60,180 nt of DNA. Source: Lysobacter sp. (lineage in GTDB: Bacteria; Pseudomonadota; Gammaproteobacteria; Xanthomonadales; Xanthomonadaceae). Positions 53,295-60,180 of the stretch are shown here, piece after piece (position 1 is the stretch's first letter; every line of letters begins with the position of its first letter). The stretch lies in the NCBI GenBank assembly GCA_041855065.1, contig JBHADJ010000171.1, positions 1 through 60,180 of the forward strand, written 5' to 3'. A model generated the notes under the pieces. It saw only the letters and a list, made by a program, of their open reading frames with translations. It was not told where the DNA came from and made no database searches. Made by a program: the position numbers and the translations under genes.

Positions 53295-53713
53295 CCGTCC
53301 CAATCCTTGCCGCTGCGCGCGCGCTTGATGTCGGCACGGCCACGCTTGGCATCCAGCCGCCGCTCGCGTGCCGCTCGGCTGGGTTTTGTCGCAATGCGTG
53401 GTTTGGGGGCGACAAGGCCATGCTGGATGAAAGCCGCCAATCGTTCGCGGGCATCCTGCCGATTGCGCTCCTGAGTACGGAAACGCTGCGCCTGAATCAC
53501 CAGTACGCCCTCGCTGGTCATGCGCCGATCGCGGCGGGCCAGCAAGCGCTCCTTCACGGCCAGCGGAAGCGTCGGAGAGCCCGCCACGTCAAAGCGCAAC
53601 TCGACAGCGGTCGCCACCTTGTTGATGTTCTGGCCTCCGGCACCGGAAGCGCGCACGAAGCGCTCACTCAGCTCATCCTCGGCAATCACGATGTGGGGTG
53701 CAATCTCCAGCAT
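53291..53713 (-). CDS. arfB: Alternative ribosome-rescue factor B
   Basis: SGAGGQNINKV, RTQERNR and basic tail PRIATKPS..KR. Confidence 0.96.
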   Translation of the reverse strand: MLEIAPHIVIAEDELSERFVRASGAGGQNINKVATAVELRFDVAGSPTLPLAVKERLLARRDRRMTSEGVLVIQAQRFRTQERNRQDARERLAAFIQHGLVAPKPRIATKPSRAARERRLDAKRGRADIKRARSGKDWDG

Positions 53714-53782
53714 GCGCGCACTTTAACAAGCCTGCCGATGTCATGCCCATCCCTTGCAACACAAAACGACGATTCGCCCGCT

Positions 53783-55183
53783 TCAGATCGCTCTGGAAAA
53801 ACGCGTCGGCTCACTCTCCGTACCCGGCGCGGCCAGATAGGCGTCAAAGCACATGGCGATATTGCGCAAAAGCCAACGCCCTTGCGCACTGGCCTCGATC
53901 CGGGTTGGTTCGAGCCTGACCAGGCCGTCCTCGGCCAGCGGCACCAGTCGCTGCAATGCCTTGGCAAAGTAATCGTCGAAATCGATACCGTGTCTTCGTG
54001 CATGGCGGGATTTTTCTATTCGACCATGACACATCAACTGCTGAATCACTTCGGCGCGCAGTTCATCATCCGCCGTCATTTCCAGCCCACGCCAGACCGG
54101 CAGACGACCGGCATCCACCGCCGCCTCCCATTCCGGCAAAGTTCGCGGATTCTGGCTGAAGCTCGCCCCGACATGGCTGATGGAAGAAACGCCAAGGCCA
54201 ATCAAGTCGCTTTCGGCATGCGTGGTGTAACCCATGAAATTGCGATGCAGGCTGCCCCGGGTCTGAGCGCGCGCCAAGGCATCGTCAGGCAAGGCAAAGT
54301 GATCCATGCCGATATACACGTAGCCGGCCTTGCCAAGCTTGTCGACGGCAAGTGCAAGCAGCGCCATCTTGCTTTCGGCATCCGGCAGGTCTTCGGCCTT
54401 CAACTGCCGTTGCGCCTTGAACAGGCTGGGCAAATGCGCATAGCTGTATATCGCCAGACGATCCGGACGCAACGCCAGCACGGTGTCCAGCGTGGCGGAA
54501 AAACCTGCCAGCGTCTGCTTTGGCAGACCATAGATCAGATCGACATTGATCGAGGCAAAACCATGCCGGCGACAGGCCGCAAGCACTTGCTCGGTCTGCT
54601 CAACGCTCTGGATGCGATTGATGGCCGCCTGCACATCGGGGTGGAAATCCTGCACTCCGAGACTGGCACGGTTGAACCCCATTTCGGCCAATGCGGCAAT
54701 ATCGTCCGCCCCAACAAAGCGCGGATCAAGCTCGATGGAAATATCCCGATCCGCACGTTCGGAAAAAGAAAATGCCCGTCGCAGAGAGTCCAGCAAGCGG
54801 CCTATCTGCGGTGGTGAAAGAAAGTTCGGGGTTCCACCGCCAAGATGGAGCTGGGTGACTTCACGATCGGCATCGAACAACGGCGCCCACATGCCGATTT
54901 CGCGCTCAAGCCGTTGCAGATACGGTTCGCTTTTGCCGGTATCGCGGGTGATGATGCGATTGCAACCGCAGTAAAAACACGGACTGACGCAATACGGCAC
55001 GTGCACATACAGCGAAAGCGGGCGCGGAATTGGATCTCCATTGCTGTGCGCGATGGCCTGTCGCAACGCGGTTTCATCGAACGCTTCGGAAAACTGCGGG
55101 GCAGTCGGGTAGGAGGTATAGCGCGGCCCCGGCGTATCGTAGCGGCGCAGCAGCGTGGCATCGGGAAGTACGGTGGCGTCCAT
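53783..55183 (-). CDS. hemN: Oxygen-independent coproporphyrinogen III oxidase
   Basis: GPRYTSYPTA, CVSPCFYC, GGGTP, IGMDHFA and RNFMGY. Start re-picked at ATG 55183. Confidence 0.96.
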   Translation of the reverse strand: MDATVLPDATLLRRYDTPGPRYTSYPTAPQFSEAFDETALRQAIAHSNGDPIPRPLSLYVHVPYCVSPCFYCGCNRIITRDTGKSEPYLQRLEREIGMWAPLFDADREVTQLHLGGGTPNFLSPPQIGRLLDSLRRAFSFSERADRDISIELDPRFVGADDIAALAEMGFNRASLGVQDFHPDVQAAINRIQSVEQTEQVLAACRRHGFASINVDLIYGLPKQTLAGFSATLDTVLALRPDRLAIYSYAHLPSLFKAQRQLKAEDLPDAESKMALLALAVDKLGKAGYVYIGMDHFALPDDALARAQTRGSLHRNFMGYTTHAESDLIGLGVSSISHVGASFSQNPRTLPEWEAAVDAGRLPVWRGLEMTADDELRAEVIQQLMCHGRIEKSRHARRHGIDFDDYFAKALQRLVPLAEDGLVRLEPTRIEASAQGRWLLRNIAMCFDAYLAAPGTESEPTRFSRAI

Positions 55184-55217
55184 CGCGGCAGGGTGCACGA
55201 GCGGCCGGGCAGGCACC

Positions 55218-55231
55218 TTGATTGCCGTCAA
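55218..55231 (-). promoter_or_regulatory. FNR/ANR-type box upstream of hemN
   Basis: TTGAT-TGCC-GTCAA, one mismatch to TTGAT-N4-ATCAA; centred 41.5 nt upstream of the hemN ATG. Confidence 0.8.
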
Positions 55232-55872
55232 TCAGCCATCAATCGCGGCATTACCCGCAGAGGCGGCGTTCCCAGCACCCGTTGCAGGATTTGCAGATTG
55301 TCCTCGAACGCCATCATGTCCGGATCCACCGGGTTGGCGATCCAGCCAAGACAGGTACAGCCATCGGCCAGAATGGCACGCTGCGTGACCCGTGCCTGAT
55401 GCACACAACCCAGTCGCACCCCCACCACCATCAATACCGGCAACTGCAAGGCACGCACCAGATCGGCCTGCTCCAGCGTGACACTCAAGGGCGCAGCCCA
55501 CCCCCCGACACCTTCCACCAGCACGCCCTCATGCAGCGCCTGCAAGCGCACAAACGCCGCTTGCAGAACGTCGAGCGCGATGTCGCGACCCGCCGCCTGT
55601 GCCGCCAGCTCCGGTGCCAGTGGCAGGGGCAGCGCATACGGGTTGCGCAGTGCATAGGGCGCCCCAGTTTTGCCATCGGCCTGCTGATGCGCCAACGCAT
55701 CTTCGCTGCGCCAACCCTCGGCCGTTTCGATGCAGCCACTGGCAACCGGCTTCATGCCGACACGATCAAGCCCGTCGACACGTGCATCGGCAAGCAAAGC
55801 GGTGGTGACATGGGTCTTGCCGATTCCGGTATCGGTACCGGTGATGTAGAACGAGGCAGGCAGGTGCTGCAT
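55228..55872 (-). CDS. bioD: Dethiobiotin synthetase
   Basis: ITGTDTGIGKT, KPVASG, VEGVGG and LGCVHQA. Confidence 0.96.
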   Translation of the reverse strand: MQHLPASFYITGTDTGIGKTHVTTALLADARVDGLDRVGMKPVASGCIETAEGWRSEDALAHQQADGKTGAPYALRNPYALPLPLAPELAAQAAGRDIALDVLQAAFVRLQALHEGVLVEGVGGWAAPLSVTLEQADLVRALQLPVLMVVGVRLGCVHQARVTQRAILADGCTCLGWIANPVDPDMMAFEDNLQILQRVLGTPPLRVMPRLMAD

Positions 55873-55878
55873 ATGCCC

Positions 55879-57375
55879 TCAGGCCATCACTTTTTCCAGT
55901 ATCCAGAACAGCAGCGCCGACAACAATGCCGAAGCCGGCACGGTAATCACCCAGGCCGCCGCCACGGTCAAGAAGTGCGAGCGGCGCACCAGCTTGCGGC
56001 GGGCACGCTCCTCCATCGCCAATGGCTTGCCCTTCTTGATGCCCAGTTCGCGGGCTCGCTTCTCGGCATGCCACTCCCGGAAGAAGCCAACCCCGAAAAT
56101 CGCACCGACCGCGATGTGGGTGGAGCTGACCGGCAAGCCGAGCCAGGAAGCAACGATCACGGTCACTGCCGCCGAAAGCGCCACGCAATAGGCACGCATC
56201 GGATTCAGCTTGGTGATTTCACTGCCCACCAGACGGATCAGGCGCGGACCAAACAGCATCAAGCCGAAGCTGATGCCAAACGCCCCGACCACCATCACCC
56301 AGAGCGGAATGCCCACCTTGGCATCCACGCCGCCACCGCCAATCACGTGCACGATCGCTGCCAGCGGGCCGACGGCATTGGCCACGTCGTTGGCGCCATG
56401 GGCAAAGGAAAGCAGCGCGGCCGAACAGATCAGCGGCAAGGCAAACAGCTTGCGGATCGATTTCTTGCGATTCTCCAGGCCTTCGGACTGACGGCGCACC
56501 AGCGGTACCGACACCAGCCAGCTGACGATGCCGATGCCAAGCCCGATGACAAGCGCCATGCCCAGCTCGATCTTGATCAGCTTGGACAGCCCCTTGAGTG
56601 CCAGATAGGCACCGAAGGCACCGGCCATGAAGCCGATCAGCACCGGAACCCAGCGCCGCGCTGCCGCCAGCTTGTCGGCCTGATACAGGATGCGGCTCTT
56701 GATGAAGGCAAGAAATGCCGCCGCAATAAACCCGCCGAGCAACGGCGAAATCACCCAGCTGGAAGCAATCTTGCCAAGCCCCGGCCAGTTCACGGTTCCC
56801 ATGCCGGCCGCCACCACCCCGGCACCCACTACCCCGCCCACGATCGAATGCGTGGTGGATACCGGCGCACCCATCACCGTGGCAAGATTCAGCCACAATG
56901 CCGACGCCAACAGGGCAGCCAGCATGGCCAGCACGAAAATCCGGCTATCTGCCACGGCTTCCGGCGCGATGATGCCCGACGCAATGGTATTGACCACATC
57001 ACCACCGGCAATCAACGCTCCCGCTGTTTCGAAAATGGCGGCAATCAGCAGCGCACTGCCAAGCGTCAGCGCATTGGCACCGACCGCCGGTCCCATGTTG
57101 TTGGCCACATCATTGGCACCGATATTGAGTGCCATGTAGGCCCCCACCACGGTCGCCACCACCACCATGAACGTGCCGGGCTGGATGCCGGTAAAGCCGA
57201 GTGCGGCCGCACCCACCAGCACGATGAAGGCCAGGGCGATACCCGGAGCCACCAGCGGACGGGCAGTGAAGGCCGCGGCCTGTTCCAGCAGGCTGATGCG
57301 GCGCAGGTCCTTGTCCAGCGTTTTCCACTGGTTGACGGGCTTGCCTGAAGGGTCTTGCGAAGAGGAAGAAGACAT
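55879..57375 (-). CDS. PiT-family inorganic phosphate transporter
   Basis: Two GANDVAN signatures; PVSTTH and PVSSTH. Confidence 0.94.
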   Translation of the reverse strand: MSSSSSQDPSGKPVNQWKTLDKDLRRISLLEQAAAFTARPLVAPGIALAFIVLVGAAALGFTGIQPGTFMVVVATVVGAYMALNIGANDVANNMGPAVGANALTLGSALLIAAIFETAGALIAGGDVVNTIASGIIAPEAVADSRIFVLAMLAALLASALWLNLATVMGAPVSTTHSIVGGVVGAGVVAAGMGTVNWPGLGKIASSWVISPLLGGFIAAAFLAFIKSRILYQADKLAAARRWVPVLIGFMAGAFGAYLALKGLSKLIKIELGMALVIGLGIGIVSWLVSVPLVRRQSEGLENRKKSIRKLFALPLICSAALLSFAHGANDVANAVGPLAAIVHVIGGGGVDAKVGIPLWVMVVGAFGISFGLMLFGPRLIRLVGSEITKLNPMRAYCVALSAAVTVIVASWLGLPVSSTHIAVGAIFGVGFFREWHAEKRARELGIKKGKPLAMEERARRKLVRRSHFLTVAAAWVITVPASALLSALLFWILEKVMA

Positions 57376-57447
57376 GAAGGTTTCTCATCGGCACCGCCGC
57401 AATGACGGTGCAAAAACGGGATTGGAAATCGGGGGAAACTTGGATGA

Positions 57448-57900
57448 TCAGGGAAATCCGGTGGCTTGCAGCAACAATTCGGCCAATTCTGGCTCATGAA
57501 CCACGGCCGCCGCATCCGGCAACGACCACCAGCGCCGCTCACGCTGTCCGGCCTCGGGAAAATCATCGGCCAGCGTGATGTTGCGCATCCGGAAAACACG
57601 GATTTCCAATGGTCGGGCGGCCTTTCCGGCCAATGCCTTGATGCAGTGATAACGGCCAATCGATTGTGGTTCCACCTCGCCGCGCACACCAGCCTCCTCC
57701 CAGGCTTCCTGAGCCGCCGAGCCTGCCAAGTCGAGCCCGGCCATCGGCCATCCCTTGGGCAGAATCCAGCGCCGCTTGCCGCGACTGGTAACCATCAGCA
57801 CCTCACGCTGTGCACCGTCATCACGCAAGCAGAGCGCCGCCACCTGCAGGCGGCGGGGGCGCTTGCCCACGAGTGAGCGGAGAATTTCGTTGATGCCCAT
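57448..57900 (-). CDS. NUDIX hydrolase (DIPP-like)
   Basis: QVAALC, VTSR..RWILPKGWP and AAQEAWEEAG. Confidence 0.92.
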   Translation of the reverse strand: MGINEILRSLVGKRPRRLQVAALCLRDDGAQREVLMVTSRGKRRWILPKGWPMAGLDLAGSAAQEAWEEAGVRGEVEPQSIGRYHCIKALAGKAARPLEIRVFRMRNITLADDFPEAGQRERRWWSLPDAAAVVHEPELAELLLQATGFP

Positions 57901-57977
57901 CAGGCCACGTGTTCGTTCGACATGGAAAAGCGCATTTTAGAGCGATTGCCGGCCTCTGACCGTCCCCGCCATGCGCA

Positions 57978-58005
57978 GAGGGGACGCCTCGGGCAGCGTC
58001 CCCTC
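57978..58005 (-). terminator. Hairpin downstream of typA
   Basis: GAGGGGACGC-N8-GCGTCCCCTC; no clear U tract. Confidence 0.5.
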
Positions 58006-58026
58006 ATCGACACGATCCGTTTTCGC

Positions 58027-59871
58027 TCAGCCGGCGCGGCTGGCGCGCTTGCGGTCGGTTTCGCTGCGCAGCTTCTTGCGCAGGCGAATTTGCTTGGGCG
58101 TCACTTCCACCAGCTCGTCGTCGTCGATGAACTCCAACGCCTGTTCCAGCGAGAACTTGATCGGCGGGGTGAGGGCGAGGGCGTCGTCCTTGCCCGAGGC
58201 ACGGAAGTTGGTGAGCTGCTTGGCGCGCAGGGCATTGACCGTCAGATCATTGTCCTTGGCGTGGATACCGACCAGCTGGCCTTCGTAGATTTCTTCCTGC
58301 GGCTCCACGAACAGGCGACCACGCTCCTGCATCGCCATCTGTGCGTAAGCGGTGGAGGTGCCGGTGTCGTTGGAGATCAGCACGCCGTTCTGGCGCTGGC
58401 CGATGGCACCTTCGGCCTTCGGGCCGTAGTGGTCGAACACGTGGAACAACAGGCCGCTGCCGGAGGTGAGAGTCTTGAACTCGGTCTGGAAGCCAATCAG
58501 CCCGCGCGCGGGAATGATGAACTCCATCCGCACCCGGCCCTTGCCATCGGGCTCCATGTTCTGCAGCAAAGCCTTGCGCTCGCCGAGCCGCGCCATCACG
58601 CCGCCCTGGTATTCCTCTTCCAGATCGACCACCAGCTGCTCGTAAGGCTCCTGCATCACCCCGTCGATTTCGCGGATGATGACTTCCGGGCGCGAAACGG
58701 CCAGCTCGTAGCCTTCGCGGCGCATGGTTTCGATCAGGATCGACAGGTGCAGCTCGCCGCGCCCGGATACCTTGAACTTGTCGGCATCGGCGGTGTCTTC
58801 CACCCGCAGGGCGACGTTGTGCTGAGTTTCGCGCATCAGGCGATCACGCAGCTGGCGGCTGGTGAGGAACTTGCCGCCGGAGCGATCCTTGTTGCCGGCA
58901 AACGGCGAGTCGTTGACCTGGAAGGTCATCGAGATGGTCGGCTCATCCACCGACAGCACCGGCAATTGCTCGACCGCGGACGGGTCGCACACGGTTTCGC
59001 TGATGCCAAGGCGCTCGATGCCGGAGAAGGCGATGATGTCGCCGGCCTGCGCTTCCTTCACTTCGATGCGGTCAAGCCCCATGAAGCCGAGCACTTGCAG
59101 CACCTTGCCGTTGCGGGTCTTGCCGTCCACGTCGATCACCGTCACCGGCATGTTGGTGCGCACTTTGCCGCGCTGGATGCGGCCGATGCCGATCACGCCG
59201 ACGTAGTTGTTGTAATCGAGGCTGGTCACGCGCATCTGGAACGGGCCTTCCTCGCTGACCGGCGGCACCGGCACATGCTTGATGATGGCCTCGAACAGCG
59301 GCGTCATGTCGCCTTCGCGCACGCTTTCGTCGAGCCCGGCATAGCCGTTCAGGCCCGAGGCGTAGATCACCGGGAAATCGAGCTGCTCGTCGGTGGCACC
59401 CAGACGGTCGAACAGATCGAAGGTCTGGTCCAGCACCCAGGCCGGGCGTGCACCGGGACGATCCACCTTGTTGATGACCACGATCGGCTTGAAGCCCATG
59501 GCAAAGGCCTTCTGCGTCACGAAGCGGGTCTGCGGCATTGGCCCGTCGAAGGCATCGACCAGAATCAGCACCGAGTCCACCATCGACAGCACGCGCTCGA
59601 CTTCGCCACCGAAATCGGCGTGGCCGGGGGTATCGACGATGTTGATGCGGTACTCCTCGCCCTCGGGCGATTTCCAGCGGATGGCGGTGTTCTTCGACAG
59701 GATGGTGATGCCGCGTTCTTTTTCGATGTCGCCCGAGTCCATCACGCGCTCGGCCAGCACGGTACGCTCGTCGAAGGTATCCGATTGCTTGAGCAGCTGG
59801 TCAACGAGGGTTGTTTTGCCGTGGTCAACGTGGGCGACGATGGCGATATTGCGCAGATTTTTGATGGACAT
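58027..59871 (-). CDS. typA: Translational GTPase TypA/BipA
   Basis: [33 protein letters not shown] and GRGELHL. Confidence 0.98.
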   Translation of the reverse strand: MSIKNLRNIAIVAHVDHGKTTLVDQLLKQSDTFDERTVLAERVMDSGDIEKERGITILSKNTAIRWKSPEGEEYRINIVDTPGHADFGGEVERVLSMVDSVLILVDAFDGPMPQTRFVTQKAFAMGFKPIVVINKVDRPGARPAWVLDQTFDLFDRLGATDEQLDFPVIYASGLNGYAGLDESVREGDMTPLFEAIIKHVPVPPVSEEGPFQMRVTSLDYNNYVGVIGIGRIQRGKVRTNMPVTVIDVDGKTRNGKVLQVLGFMGLDRIEVKEAQAGDIIAFSGIERLGISETVCDPSAVEQLPVLSVDEPTISMTFQVNDSPFAGNKDRSGGKFLTSRQLRDRLMRETQHNVALRVEDTADADKFKVSGRGELHLSILIETMRREGYELAVSRPEVIIREIDGVMQEPYEQLVVDLEEEYQGGVMARLGERKALLQNMEPDGKGRVRMEFIIPARGLIGFQTEFKTLTSGSGLLFHVFDHYGPKAEGAIGQRQNGVLISNDTGTSTAYAQMAMQERGRLFVEPQEEIYEGQLVGIHAKDNDLTVNALRAKQLTNFRASGKDDALALTPPIKFSLEQALEFIDDDELVEVTPKQIRLRKKLRSETDRKRASRAG

Positions 59872-60033
59872 ACGAAAAGGCCGCATGCGCGGCCATCTGA
59901 AATTGAAGAATGGTTGCAAATTATACGCCGACTGCCGCGCACACGCATGAGCATGCTCAATACGCCCGTCATGCGCAAGGCGCACACTGTGCATGCAGAA
60001 GTTCCTGCCTCACCCATCTTCCAAGGAGAATCC

Positions 60034-60180
60034 ATGATCCAGAACGTTTCCGGTGACATCCTGCACAGCCGCGCCCAGGCCATCGCCCACGGCATCGCCC
60101 CGAACGATGATTTCCACAGCGGCCTTGCCTTGGCACTGCGCGAGCACGCCCCGTCGCTGTACAAGGACTTCCGCCACTAC
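60034..60180 (+). CDS. Macro-domain (Appr-1-p processing) protein, 3' truncated by window edge
   Basis: AAGGAG RBS; MIQNVSGDILHSRAQAIAHGIAPNDDFHSGLALALRE. Confidence 0.75.
   Translation, partial: MIQNVSGDILHSRAQAIAHGIAPNDDFHSGLALALREHAPSLYKDFRHY

Noticed and set aside
57900-57939. 7-codon uORF (MSNEHVA) overlapping the NUDIX start
   Set aside because: Short enough to arise by chance; the -10 to ATG distance is less convincing than for rsgA.
59947-59960. FNR-like palindrome ATGAGCATGCTCAA
   Set aside because: Three mismatches to the consensus; cannot be supported.

Overview
A GC-rich gammaproteobacterial chromosome segment. Gene order (tatABC-RDD, cytochrome c4-dsbA-dsbA-EEP, aroQ-accBC-prmA-DUF3426-fis, rpsU-yqeY-yihY-dnaG without rpoD, bioB/comF next to mlaFEDCBA) suggests Xanthomonadales/Lysobacteraceae; this is inferred from synteny recalled from memory, not from a search. 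Most of the window is housekeeping: haem, biotin, folate and fatty-acid synthesis, Mla lipid transport, translation factors and DNA repair. Accessory parts are the end of a type I R-M locus with a COG2958/HrgA-like nuclease (1-2567), frmRA plus a secreted subtype-B tannase, a Pit+NUDIX pair, and a ~2 kb AT-richer islet (44.3-46.3 kb). Two signals stand out. (1) The non-coding gap at 15710-16438 holds two modules, 312-313 bp apart, each with an IHF site, a Fis site and a three-DnaA-box core. Site spacing is almost identical while the linkers have diverged, which looks like a tandem DARS2-like replication-control element. (2) The islet carries a two-gene unit: a double-glycine-like leader fused to a JAB-like metalloenzyme domain, overlapping a signal-peptide protein. 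This is a candidate toxin with periplasmic immunity. No rRNA, tRNA, CRISPR array, transposase or integrase was recognised. All product calls come from motifs read by eye, and some start codons were re-picked from the ORF track.
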